Made by a program: the position numbers and the translations under genes
The notes under the pieces: model-generated
Database searches by the model: none
What the model saw: the letters and a program-made list of their open reading frames with translations, nothing else
Told to the model about the DNA's origin: nothing
Shown: positions 1 through 9,769 of the stretch, piece after piece
Layout: each line of letters opens with the position of its first letter
Numbering within the stretch: the stretch's first letter is position 1
From: Paludibacteraceae bacterium
Lineage (GTDB): Bacteria > Bacteroidota > Bacteroidia > Bacteroidales > Paludibacteraceae
Direction of reading: 5' to 3'
Length of the DNA: 64,000 nt
Assembly: GCA_045601825.1 (NCBI GenBank)
Contig: JAZSAI010000033.1
Coordinates: forward strand, 57,946-121,945

Positions 1-1
1 T

Positions 2-2110
2 GTTAACCTCTCACCTTCGTTCTTCGACAAACACCTCAATATCAACTTCAATGCCAAGGGATTGTATATCTACAATAGTTATCCTGCTGGCGTAGTGGGT
101 TCTGCTTTGTCAATGGATCCTACATTGCCTATTAAGGGTGGCGCTACCAATATCTATGGTGAAGAGTACTTCTCCAAGGATGCTATGGATAAGTTCTTTG
201 GTGGATACAACCAACCTACTACTGGTGCTAACTACAACGACCCTGAATGGACACTCACTTTCGACCCTAATACAACCAACAACCCTGTGGCTGCACTCAA
301 TCAACAATCTTCTATTGCTAATTCAGGTGCTTTCGTAGGTAACTTGGAGTTGGATTACCAAATCCACGGATTTGAGGATTTGCGTCTCCATGCTAACTTT
401 GGTGCAGACTATAGTTATGGTCACCAACGCTATCAAAATAGTCCTTATGGTGTAGCGGGTCACTACTATGGTTGGGATGGTTACGATGTAAAGAATAAAT
501 ACAACCTCCAGTTCAACGCATACGCTCAATACTATAAAGACTTTTCTGATACCCAACACTTCGACATTATGGCAGGTTTTGAGTGGCAACATTTCTACAA
601 TGATTATTTCAACGAAGGAAATGGTATTATGCCTATGACCAACAACAACGTTGACTTGCGCGGTAAACCATATAACTATGCAGAGAGTTCCTCCAAAACA
701 GAGAGCCGTTTGATGTCTTTCTTTGGACGTGCAAACTATATCGGTTGGAACCAACTCATGCTTACTGCTACGGTACGTGCCGATGGTTCTTCACGTTTCG
801 CTCCTGATCATCGTTGGGGCATCTTCCCTTCTGTAGCGCTCGGTTGGAAGATTAAAGAGACTTTCCTACAAGATGTCAACGAAATCAATGATCTCAAACT
901 TCGTCTTGGTTATGGTATCACGGGTCAACAAGAAATCAACCAAGGTGACTACCCATACATGGCGCAATATTCTATCTCGCAAGATTATGCATATTATCCA
1001 GTGGGTGGCGAAAATAGTGTATTGAAGGATAACACTGGTACACCGATGTATGACGCAAGTGGTAACCCTATTTATTCTACTTATCGTCCTAATGCATACA
1101 ACGCGGATATTACTTGGGAGAAAACGACTACCTACAACGCAGGTATTGACTTCGGTTTCCTCAACAACCGTGTTAGCGGTAGCATCGATTATTACTATCG
1201 TCAAACCGATGACCTCTTGAACGTGGTTCCAGTGGCTGTAGGTACCAACTTCCGTAATAAGGTGATCTCTAACGTAGGTTCACTCACCAACCAAGGTGCT
1301 GAGTTCTCTATCAATGCGGTAGTTATCGACAAAAAGAACTTCAAATGGGATCTTGGATTCAACTTTACTTACAACGAGAACAAGATCATTCGTTTGAATA
1401 CGGGCGAGGATGAGACTCCTATCCCTACTGGTGGTATCTCTAACGGTACTGGTAATACGATCCAACGTCATGCTGTTGGTCTTCCTACCTCTTCTTTCTA
1501 TGTATATGAAACAGGTATGGGTACACGTGATAATGGCGAGAAATACTACTACGTAGTTGACCGCAACGAGGATGGTAAGATTACTGAGGACGACCAATAC
1601 TACTACCATAGTCCTAATGCGCCTATCACCATGGGCTTCCAAACTAAGTTCCAATTCTACGGATTTGACTTGGGTATCTCACTCCGCTCTAACGTAGGCA
1701 ACTATGTTTACAACGATGTATTGGCTGGTAACTTGCGCTATGCTAACCCTGGCGAAATTTATCGTAACGGATTCCATAATGTCATGAAGTCAGTTTATGA
1801 TACACACTATAACAAAGGTATGCAAAGCAACAAAGTTTATACCAGTCCTGATGGTACAGGATCTACCTTTACTGATTTCTTCCGTCTTGACTATTTCGTA
1901 GAGAATGCATCATTCGTGCGTATTGACAATATTACCTTGGGATACTCTTTCAAAGGTGACAAGATTTCTGGTCGTGCATACTTAACCGTACAAAACCCTT
2001 GCGTATTCACTCCATATTCTGGTCTTGACCCAGAGGTATTTGGCGGTATAGACAACAATATCTATCCTCGTTCCATGACTTCATTGGTAGGTTTGAGTCT
2101 GCAATTTTAA
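2..2110 (+). CDS. susC: SusC/RagA-family TonB-dependent outer-membrane transporter, C-terminal barrel part (5' end outside the window)
   Basis: The frame is open from the window edge, so the TTG at 62 is internal. The sequence is beta-strand rich and ends ...SLVGLSLQF, with a terminal Phe as in OM barrels. A SusD-like gene starts 30 nt downstream. Confidence 0.9.
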   Translation, partial: VNLSPSFFDKHLNINFNAKGLYIYNSYPAGVVGSALSMDPTLPIKGGATNIYGEEYFSKDAMDKFFGGYNQPTTGANYNDPEWTLTFDPNTTNNPVAALNQQSSIANSGAFVGNLELDYQIHGFEDLRLHANFGADYSYGHQRYQNSPYGVAGHYYGWDGYDVKNKYNLQFNAYAQYYKDFSDTQHFDIMAGFEWQHFYNDYFNEGNGIMPMTNNNVDLRGKPYNYAESSSKTESRLMSFFGRANYIGWNQLMLTATVRADGSSRFAPDHRWGIFPSVALGWKIKETFLQDVNEINDLKLRLGYGITGQQEINQGDYPYMAQYSISQDYAYYPVGGENSVLKDNTGTPMYDASGNPIYSTYRPNAYNADITWEKTTTYNAGIDFGFLNNRVSGSIDYYYRQTDDLLNVVPVAVGTNFRNKVISNVGSLTNQGAEFSINAVVIDKKNFKWDLGFNFTYNENKIIRLNTGEDETPIPTGGISNGTGNTIQRHAVGLPTSSFYVYETGMGTRDNGEKYYYVVDRNEDGKITEDDQYYYHSPNAPITMGFQTKFQFYGFDLGISLRSNVGNYVYNDVLAGNLRYANPGEIYRNGFHNVMKSVYDTHYNKGMQSNKVYTSPDGTGSTFTDFFRLDYFVENASFVRIDNITLGYSFKGDKISGRAYLTVQNPCVFTPYSGLDPEVFGGIDNNIYPRSMTSLVGLSLQF

Positions 2111-2139
2111 ATAAGTAACTATAAAAAACATAAAATAAT

Positions 2140-3789
2140 ATGAAGAAGTTTATTAAACATACATCAATTATTTGCTTCTTGCTGATAGGTTTCACTGCTT
2201 GTTTAGATTTGCAACCTATTGATAAAAACTCTACTACGGGTTTCAATCAAGATGCTGTATTTGCTAAGTGTTATGCGTCACTTGCACTTTCTGGACAACA
2301 AGGTGCAACTGGTCAAGGTGACGTAGATGATATCGATGAAGGTCAATCATCATTCTACCGTATCACATGGTACCTCAACGAGTTCCCTACCGAAGAAGGT
2401 TGGTGGATTTGGGCAAACGACCCAGGACACAAGGACGTGCTTACTCACAACTGGAATGGCGACAACATTCTTGTGAAAGGTTTGTACTATCGTTTGAACA
2501 TCAACATCCGTTTCTGCAACCACTTCTTGGCTCGTACAGAAGATTTGACAGATGAGAAAACCATCCAACAACGTGCTGAAGTGCGTTTCTTAAGAGCACT
2601 TTATTCCTGGTATATGTTGGATATGTTCAATTTGATTCCTTTCAATGAGAAAGAGAGTTCCGAACTACCAGAGTTCTATACACGTCCTCAAATGTATGAA
2701 TGGCTAGTAGGCGAATTGGAGAGCTTAATCAAAGACCTTCCTGAAAAACGTATCAACAAATATCGTGTGGACAAATATGCAGCATGGTTGCTTCTTGCAC
2801 GTGTATATCTCAACGCAGAGGTTTATACTGGTACACCTGCTTGGGCAGATGCACAAGCAGCCGCTGAAGAGGCTTTGAAAGGTCCTTACAAATTGCATAC
2901 CAATGGCTTTACTACCTCTGAAGGTTTGTACTATTCTGCTTACCAACAACTCTTCATGGGTGACAACCGTAGCAATGGTGCACAAGATGAGGCATTGCTC
3001 CTAATCTATCAAGATGGTGCTTTCTCACGCAGTTATTCTGGTCAAATGATCATCGCTGCTACTCGTGATAATGGCTTCGTTAAGTGGGGCTCAGACGCTA
3101 ACTGGAAGTGTTTCCGCACAAGTCCTGAGTTTGTTTATAAATTTACTACCAAGGAGGTTGCTGATACTATCAAAGCAAACGAGTACGAGATGCCTAAGAT
3201 TCTTAAGGATGATCGCGCAATCCTATGTTCTACCTACGATGGTAAGAACTTTGCAATTGACGGTAGCATGGCTGTAGAAGATGCTGGTTGGCTCAAGTGT
3301 TGGGCGGCTCCTAAGTTTACCAACGTTTACTCTAAGAGCAAATCACCTGCAGATTCTGAGCAATACTGCTCCGATAAATCTTGGCCTGATGTAAATATTC
3401 CTCTCTTCCGCTTGGCAGAGGCATACATGATTCAAGCAGAGGCACTCCTCCGTCAAGGTAAAAATGATCAGGCGTTGGATATTATCAACAACGTGATTCG
3501 TAAACGTGCAAATGCTACTCCTCTTGCTAAGTTGGATGAACAAACACTTTGCGATGAGTGGTGCCGTGAGTTCTATCAAGAAGGACGCCGTCGTTCTGAC
3601 TTGATTCGTTTCAACCGTTTTGCAGGTCCTAAGGCTGATGCGGCTGCATACAATTGGGAAGGACGCAATGGAGCTTCATCGAATGCTGGATACAAGACAA
3701 TGGAAGAGAAATTCAATTGGTATCCTATTCCAAACGATGATAAGGCATCCAATACAAATTACAAGAAAACCCAAGGTGACGGATATTAA
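2140..3789 (+). CDS. susD: SusD/RagB-family nutrient-binding outer-membrane lipoprotein
   Basis: Lipoprotein signal ...LLIGFTAC. SusD-like helical core (AEVRFLRALYSWYMLDMF, FRLAEAYMIQAEALLRQG, CREFYQEGRRRSDLIRF). It lies immediately after susC. Confidence 0.92.
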   Translation: MKKFIKHTSIICFLLIGFTACLDLQPIDKNSTTGFNQDAVFAKCYASLALSGQQGATGQGDVDDIDEGQSSFYRITWYLNEFPTEEGWWIWANDPGHKDVLTHNWNGDNILVKGLYYRLNINIRFCNHFLARTEDLTDEKTIQQRAEVRFLRALYSWYMLDMFNLIPFNEKESSELPEFYTRPQMYEWLVGELESLIKDLPEKRINKYRVDKYAAWLLLARVYLNAEVYTGTPAWADAQAAAEEALKGPYKLHTNGFTTSEGLYYSAYQQLFMGDNRSNGAQDEALLLIYQDGAFSRSYSGQMIIAATRDNGFVKWGSDANWKCFRTSPEFVYKFTTKEVADTIKANEYEMPKILKDDRAILCSTYDGKNFAIDGSMAVEDAGWLKCWAAPKFTNVYSKSKSPADSEQYCSDKSWPDVNIPLFRLAEAYMIQAEALLRQGKNDQALDIINNVIRKRANATPLAKLDEQTLCDEWCREFYQEGRRRSDLIRFNRFAGPKADAAAYNWEGRNGASSNAGYKTMEEKFNWYPIPNDDKASNTNYKKTQGDGY

Positions 3790-3842
3790 TCCCTATTATA
3801 TCATTAACAACTTTATTTATTAACTTTTAAATTTTATCAATT

Positions 3843-4835
3843 ATGAAAAAAATTTCTATGTTTTTTGCAGCATTGGTAGTAGCAGTAGCTTCTTTTGCAG
3901 CTCCTGCAACCACTCCTACTAAGAATGATCTCGCTGACTATTACGAGCCAGGTCAATTGTGCGTTTGCATTTACTTCGAGGCTGAGATTTGCAACGATGT
4001 TGTATTTATTGGTACCTACAACAACTGGGATTCTTCAAATCCTGCCTCTATGGCTAAATTCTCTCCACTCGAGGGCTTCGAGGGTTGGTACTATGTAGCT
4101 GTTACCGATACATGTGCGAATATCGAAGGTAAACCAGTTCAATTGACTGCTGATGGTTCTTTCTCTTGGGATAACCAAACAGGTGATGTGGCTTCTTGGG
4201 TACTTGTCGCAGGTACTGTAAACATTGAAGCAGGTTACGATGGTGAGTCTAACCTTAAGGGTTATTCTACTGCAGAGCCAGTTATCTTGATTTCTAAGTA
4301 TTTCAAGAATCACAAAGACCTTTGCTCTTATGTTGCTGAGTATGCAGATTACACTATCCGCCTTAACGCTCCTTTCTGCGCTGGTGCTGATGGTACATAC
4401 TACGATCCTGCTATCATTGGTGATTTCAATACTTGGTCAGAGGGTGTTGCTGCTAACTATGTAGATGAAACTACTTTCGAATATGTATTCGAACTCAAAC
4501 AAGCTGAGAAGACCAAAGCTTTCAAATTTAAAGCTCTTGGCGATACAGACTGGAGCAACCAAATTCAACTTCAAGAAGTTGATGAGAATGGTAACCCTGT
4601 ATTGGATGAGAATGGTGCAGAGAAGTGGTACGACAATCCAAACCTTACTTTAGGTGATGAGACCACTATCTCTATTGACTATTCTGCAGGTCGTTTCACT
4701 CTTTGCGTTGAAGGTACTACTGACGTAGAAGAGGTTGTAGTAGAGAAAACTGCTGTTAAGACTATCAAAGATGGCCAATTGGTTATTGAGATGAACGGCA
4801 AACTCTTCAACATCCTTGGTGCTGAGGTAAAATAA
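3843..4835 (+). CDS. Secreted or surface glycan-binding protein candidate (SusE/F position) with two CBM-like repeats
   Basis: Signal peptide MKKISMFFAALVVAVASFA. Two internal repeats carry G-x-[YF]-N-x-W motifs (FIGTYNNWDSSNP, IIGDFNTWSEGV), as in E-set/CBM20-48-type sandwiches. It is located between susD and GH53. Confidence 0.6.
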   Translation: MKKISMFFAALVVAVASFAAPATTPTKNDLADYYEPGQLCVCIYFEAEICNDVVFIGTYNNWDSSNPASMAKFSPLEGFEGWYYVAVTDTCANIEGKPVQLTADGSFSWDNQTGDVASWVLVAGTVNIEAGYDGESNLKGYSTAEPVILISKYFKNHKDLCSYVAEYADYTIRLNAPFCAGADGTYYDPAIIGDFNTWSEGVAANYVDETTFEYVFELKQAEKTKAFKFKALGDTDWSNQIQLQEVDENGNPVLDENGAEKWYDNPNLTLGDETTISIDYSAGRFTLCVEGTTDVEEVVVEKTAVKTIKDGQLVIEMNGKLFNILGAEVK

Positions 4836-4869
4836 TCATTGAATAATACATCTTTTATTCAAATAAATG

Positions 4870-4901
4870 GAAGCGTCCACTACTTGGACGCTTCTTTTTT
4901 T
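4870..4901 (+). terminator. Intrinsic terminator after the CBM-like gene
   Basis: GAAGCGTCCA-ctact-TGGACGCTTC followed by T7. Confidence 0.8.
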
Positions 4902-4936
4902 ATACCAAATTATTTGCATATCTCAATAATTTTTAC

Positions 4937-4944
4937 TACCTTTG
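4937..4944 (+). promoter_or_regulatory. Bacteroidota -7 box (TAnnTTTG) upstream of GH53
   Basis: TACCTTTG, 26 nt before the ATG at 4970 and just after the terminator at 4870-4901. Confidence 0.55.
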
Positions 4945-4969
4945 CGGCGATTTATTATACATAATAACC

Positions 4970-6037
4970 ATGAAAAAACTTCTGTTACTATTCGCTGTTG
5001 TGTCGCTCATAGCGTGTAACCCTCCCCAAGACACGTATCCTGATCCTGTAGTAGGCAGTTATGCTTATGGTGCTGATTGTTCTTGGATTAGTGAGCAAGA
5101 AGCAGATGGAGTGCTCTTCTATGATTCCCTTGGTATGGTCAAAAATGGCATGCATGTAATGCGTGATGCAGGTATGAATTCTGTACGCTTTCGTGTATGG
5201 GTAAACCATTCTACTGGGTGGAGCAACAAAGAGGATGTCATTCGTAATGCTCGTCGTGCGGACTCACTCAAACTGCGCGTAATGATAGATTTCCATTATT
5301 CCGACTTCTTCGCAGACCCTAGCCGTCAGAATATTCCTATTGCGTGGGCAGACTATGACCTTGAGCAAATGAAGCAAGCAGTAGCCAACCATACTACCGA
5401 TCTACTATCAGCACTCAAAGCAGAGGGCGTCAGCCCTGAATGGATTCAAGTGGGCAATGAGACGCGCAGTGGTATGCTCTGGCCAATGGGACGTTTCCAA
5501 GATGAGAACGGCGAGATAGAAGGTGGGTGGAGCCGTTATGCACAACTCACCACCGCTGGCTATGACGCATGTAAAGCAGTATTCCCAAATGCCCAAGTGA
5601 TTGTACATATTGATAATGCATATTTGGATAATAATTGGTTTTATCGCAATCTGTTGCAACATGGAGGTAAGTTTGATATGATAGGTCTTAGCCACTACCC
5701 AATGATGAAGCAATGGTCAGGCAAAGACTGGCAGGAGATGAATCAATTGGCGGCACAAAACATCGTTAATTTGCATAACGAGTTTCAATGCCCTGTGATG
5801 GTGGTGGAAATAGGTACCTATGCCAATGATTCTAACTCCGTGGATGTTATAACCGATTTCCGCCAACGTGTGGACACTATGGAGTATATGAAAGGAATCT
5901 TCTATTGGGAACCACAAGTCTATGGAGGTTGGCGCCCACAAGAATATATCCCATTAGGGTGGGGAGCATACCATATGGGAGCTTTCACATCAAACGGACA
6001 ACCTAATGAAGCCCTCAAAAACCTCTGGAAAAGATAA
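4970..6037 (+). CDS. GH53 arabinogalactan endo-beta-1,4-galactanase (lipoprotein)
   Basis: Lipoprotein signal ...VVSLIAC. GH53-type motifs are GADCSWISEQEADGVLFYD, NSVRFRVWVNH, IQVGNETRSGMLWP (acid/base Glu) and VMVVEIGT (nucleophile Glu). Confidence 0.88.
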   Translation: MKKLLLLFAVVSLIACNPPQDTYPDPVVGSYAYGADCSWISEQEADGVLFYDSLGMVKNGMHVMRDAGMNSVRFRVWVNHSTGWSNKEDVIRNARRADSLKLRVMIDFHYSDFFADPSRQNIPIAWADYDLEQMKQAVANHTTDLLSALKAEGVSPEWIQVGNETRSGMLWPMGRFQDENGEIEGGWSRYAQLTTAGYDACKAVFPNAQVIVHIDNAYLDNNWFYRNLLQHGGKFDMIGLSHYPMMKQWSGKDWQEMNQLAAQNIVNLHNEFQCPVMVVEIGTYANDSNSVDVITDFRQRVDTMEYMKGIFYWEPQVYGGWRPQEYIPLGWGAYHMGAFTSNGQPNEALKNLWKR

Positions 6038-6070
6038 TTCAAAATTCATAATTCAAAATTCATCATTCAA
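6036..6070. repeat. Five phased heptamers AATTCAW filling the GH53-stop to GH2-start spacer
   Basis: aattcaa aattcat aattcaa aattcat cattcaa. The TAA stop (6035-37) and ATG (6070-72) sit on the array edges. Confidence 0.9.
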
Positions 6071-8478
6071 TGACTATCCTGATTTTAGCAATCACTTCTC
6101 TGCTTACTTCTTGGCAATTTGCCAAAGAGCAAAATGACCACCAAATACCAGTGGCAGAAGACAAAAATTGGCAAGAAGTAACTATACCTCACGATTGGGC
6201 TATCTATGGACCATTTGACCGTGCGAATGACTTGCAAAACGTGACCGTTTGGCAAAATGGCGAGACCTTCCCAACAGAGAAGACAGGTCGCACTGGCGGT
6301 CTGCCATACATGGGTAGTGCATGGTACAAAACCATTCTTCCCCTTCAGGGGGAGTTAGAGGGGGCTTATTTTCTCCTCTTTGATGGAGCAATGAGTGAAG
6401 CCGAAGTATTTGTCAATGGACAGAAAGTATGCTTCTGGCCATATGGCTACAATGCGTTTCATTGTGATATTACATCTGCTTTGCAGGTTGGCGAAAACGA
6501 GATTGCTGTTCGTTTGCAAAATCGTGAGCAGAGTAGCCGTTGGTACCCTGGTGCAGGATTATACCGCAATGTACATCTGATTCAAAAACCACAAGTATAT
6601 GTACCTATATGGGGTACACATATCACTACTCCATACGTAACCGAGGAATTGGCAGCCGTGAATATCAAGACCACTGTGGCTAATGCCCTCAACAAGCATA
6701 TCGAATTGCGTACATCGCTCATTCACAAAGCAACAGGCGAAGTGGTGGATTCGCTCATAAGCCACTATGATGTGAAGCATAACTTGCCATTGGAGCAAAA
6801 TATCACAATCCAAAATCCTGCTCTTTGGTCGCCTGAAACACCAAACTTGTATATTGCTCGCACACGTGTGGTGGCAGACAACGTATATCAAGAAACAGTA
6901 GAAACTACTTTTGGTGTGCGCAGCGTGCAAATCGTACCAAATGTGGGCTTCTTGCTGAATGGCAAAGTGCGTAAGTTTCAAGGCGTATGTTTACACCATG
7001 ACCTTGGCCCTCTTGGTTCGGCAATTAGTAGGGATGCGCTACGACGTCAGTTGCTTATGCTCAAGGAGATGGGCTGCGATGCTATTCGTACTTCTCATAA
7101 TATGCCTGCACCCGAGCAAATCGAACTATGCGATGAACTCGGTTTGATGGTCATGTGCGAACCGTTTGATGAATGGGATTGGGCTAAGTGCAAAAATGGC
7201 TACCACCGTTTCTTCAACGAGTGGGCAGAGCGCGATATGGTGAATATGTTGCACCATTTCCGCAATAATCCAAGTATAGTGATGTGGTCTATCGGTAACG
7301 AAGTGCCTACACAGTGCGCCCCTGAGGGATATAAGATTGCCAAAATGCTCCAAGATATCTGCTTGCGCGAAGATGGCACACGTCCTTGTACCGCAGGTAT
7401 GGATCAAGTGACTTGTGTACTCGAGAATGGTTTTGCCAGTGTACTCCAAATCGTTGGTCTCAACTACAAGGCATACCGCTACGAGGAGTCCTACCAACGT
7501 ACCCCTCAACACCTGATTTTGGGTTCAGAGACAGCTTCCACTGTTTCTTCGCGCGGCGTCTATCTCTTGCCCGCAGTACCAGATAATACGGATCATATCA
7601 CCAATCGCAATCATCCAGGAGGCAATAGCCAAACCAATCAATGTTCGGGTTATGACCTGCAATATTGTCCATGGAGCAATGTGCCTGACGAGGACTTCCG
7701 CAATATGGATGACTATCCATGGACGATTGGTCAGTTCGTTTGGACAGGTTTTGACTATCTTGGCGAACCATCTCCATGGGATACCGATGCATGGCCAAGT
7801 CACTCTTCCTACTTCGGTATCATTGACCTTGCAGGTATTCCTAAAGATCGCTACTACCTCTATCGCTCTATGTGGCGCAAGGATGTACACACGGTACATC
7901 TCCTTCCTCATTGGAATTGGAATACGAGTGACACCCTCCCTGTTATGGCATATACCGATGCTGCTGAAGGCGAACTCTTTGTCAATGGCAAGAGTATGGG
8001 TAAGGTACGCAAACTCACCCGTGAGGAGTCAGAAGCTGCCATTAAAGCAGGCGACCCATTGGGCTTGCAACGCCGTTATCGCCTTATTTGGGATAATGTG
8101 CCATTCGAGGCAGGAGAAATTAAGGTGGTTACACCTGTTGGAGAGGCTATTCGCAAAACTGCAGGTACACCACACCATATAGAGATGTACGTGGAGGATA
8201 TTCCTGCAACAGACAATAAACCACTTCACTTCGTGCGTGTACGTGTTTGTGATAAGAACGGCAATGTTTGTCCACAAGCCAATCATCTCATTCGTTTCTC
8301 TACCAAAGGTGAAGGACGTTTCCGCGCGGCTGCCAATGGCGATGCTGCTAATCTTGACCTCTTCCATTTGCCTCAGCACCACGCTTTTGCTGGCGAATTG
8401 ACGGCTATTGTAGAAGGAAGTTGCACATTGACCGCTACAGCAAAAGGTTTGAAGAAAACCACAATAAGCATTCAATAA
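6070..8478 (+). CDS. GH2 beta-galactosidase
   Basis: 802 aa. GH2 sugar-binding, Ig-like and TIM-barrel pattern (FLLFDGAMSEAEVFVNG, IRTSHNMPAPEQIELCDELG, MWSIGNEVP). Context is the galactan locus. Confidence 0.85.
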   Translation: MTILILAITSLLTSWQFAKEQNDHQIPVAEDKNWQEVTIPHDWAIYGPFDRANDLQNVTVWQNGETFPTEKTGRTGGLPYMGSAWYKTILPLQGELEGAYFLLFDGAMSEAEVFVNGQKVCFWPYGYNAFHCDITSALQVGENEIAVRLQNREQSSRWYPGAGLYRNVHLIQKPQVYVPIWGTHITTPYVTEELAAVNIKTTVANALNKHIELRTSLIHKATGEVVDSLISHYDVKHNLPLEQNITIQNPALWSPETPNLYIARTRVVADNVYQETVETTFGVRSVQIVPNVGFLLNGKVRKFQGVCLHHDLGPLGSAISRDALRRQLLMLKEMGCDAIRTSHNMPAPEQIELCDELGLMVMCEPFDEWDWAKCKNGYHRFFNEWAERDMVNMLHHFRNNPSIVMWSIGNEVPTQCAPEGYKIAKMLQDICLREDGTRPCTAGMDQVTCVLENGFASVLQIVGLNYKAYRYEESYQRTPQHLILGSETASTVSSRGVYLLPAVPDNTDHITNRNHPGGNSQTNQCSGYDLQYCPWSNVPDEDFRNMDDYPWTIGQFVWTGFDYLGEPSPWDTDAWPSHSSYFGIIDLAGIPKDRYYLYRSMWRKDVHTVHLLPHWNWNTSDTLPVMAYTDAAEGELFVNGKSMGKVRKLTREESEAAIKAGDPLGLQRRYRLIWDNVPFEAGEIKVVTPVGEAIRKTAGTPHHIEMYVEDIPATDNKPLHFVRVRVCDKNGNVCPQANHLIRFSTKGEGRFRAAANGDAANLDLFHLPQHHAFAGELTAIVEGSCTLTATAKGLKKTTISIQ

Positions 8479-8514
8479 ATTTGTAATTATCAAACAACTA
8501 TAATACATACTCCC

Positions 8515-9681
8515 ATGAAAATTGAAGAATTAAAATCTGCTTACGAGGCAGCGTATCAAAAATCAGCAACCGACATTTTCTTCTCACCAGGTCGTGTCAA
8601 CTTAATCGGTGAACATACCGACTATAACGGTGGTTTTGTATTTCCATGTGCTCTCAGTTTTGGTACTTATCTATTGATTTCTCCCAATGGCGAACAGAAA
8701 ATTAATTTCCGTTCGTTGAATATGGAGGCAGTATATGCTTTAGGTTTGGATGAACTGACCGCGCCACTACCTGACAAAGCATGGGCAAATTATCCATTGG
8801 GTGTCTTTGCTCAATTCATTAAGCGTGGCGTAGCCATTACTCAAGGATACGATATCCTCTTCTGGGGCAATGTGCCTGCTGGTGCAGGATTGAGTAGTAG
8901 TGCTGCGATGGAAGTGGTGACTGCATATGCTCTGAACGAATTGTTAGGTACAGGATATGAACTGACTGAATTAGCTAAGATTGGTCGTGCTGCCGAGCAT
9001 GAGTTCGCAGGTGTTATGTGCGGAATAATGGACCAGTTTGCTTCTGCACACGGAAAAGCTGATCATGCTATCTATCTGAATTGTGATACATTGGAGTATG
9101 ACTTAGTGCCTGTGAAATTAGATGGCGTAAAGGTAGTTGTCACCAACACCCACTCACCTCACAAACTCGATTCAGGTTCTTTTAATGATCGTGTGCGCCA
9201 ATGTCAATTGGCTGTTGAGCAAATTAATGCTGTTCGCCCTACTCAATATCTTGCTGAACTCTCGCAAGCAGAGTTTGAGCAGGTAAAAGATGCTATTACA
9301 GACGAAGTAGCCTTTCGTCGTGCACGCCACGTCGTAGGCGAGGTACAACGTACCAAAGATGCTGTTGAGGCTTTGCAACAAGGCGATATCGTGAAGTTTG
9401 GTGTGTTGATGAACCAAAGCCATATCTCACTTCGTGATGATTATGAGGTAACAGGTCCTCAACTGGACGCATTGGCAGAAGCAGCATGGAAAGTAGAAGG
9501 CGTATTGGGTAGCCGTATGACGGGCGGTGGCTTTGGTGGCTGCACCGTATCATTGGTACGCGATGAAGCGATCCCTACTTTTATTGAGCAAGTAGGTGCT
9601 GAATATACCGAGAAGACGGGACTAAAAGCCGATTTCTATATCGCTGAGATTGGCGATGGAGCTCATCGTATTACTGAATAA
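8515..9681 (+). CDS. galK: Galactokinase
   Basis: GalK signature GRVNLIGEHTDYNGG. GHMP-kinase ATP motif PAGAGLSSSAA. C-terminal GGGFGGC. Confidence 0.95.
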   Translation: MKIEELKSAYEAAYQKSATDIFFSPGRVNLIGEHTDYNGGFVFPCALSFGTYLLISPNGEQKINFRSLNMEAVYALGLDELTAPLPDKAWANYPLGVFAQFIKRGVAITQGYDILFWGNVPAGAGLSSSAAMEVVTAYALNELLGTGYELTELAKIGRAAEHEFAGVMCGIMDQFASAHGKADHAIYLNCDTLEYDLVPVKLDGVKVVVTNTHSPHKLDSGSFNDRVRQCQLAVEQINAVRPTQYLAELSQAEFEQVKDAITDEVAFRRARHVVGEVQRTKDAVEALQQGDIVKFGVLMNQSHISLRDDYEVTGPQLDALAEAAWKVEGVLGSRMTGGGFGGCTVSLVRDEAIPTFIEQVGAEYTEKTGLKADFYIAEIGDGAHRITE

Positions 9682-9704
9682 TCACAGTTGGTTATCTATA
9701 TAAT

Positions 9705-9738
9705 AAACCACCTCTTTCGTATTTGAAAGGGGTGGTTT
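9705..9738. terminator. Bidirectional hairpin between convergent galK and gcvT
   Basis: AAACCACCTCTTTC-gtattt-GAAAGGGGTGGTTT, flanked by A/T runs on both sides. Confidence 0.7.
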
Positions 9739-9769
9739 GTTATTGTATATATAATTGAAATCTTTCTAA

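Noticed and set aside
3843-4835. T9SS C-terminal sorting domain on the CBM-like protein.
   Set aside because: The conserved-looking tail is only ~25 aa, and I cannot match it to the ~80-aa CTD pattern from sequence alone. It is left as an open question.
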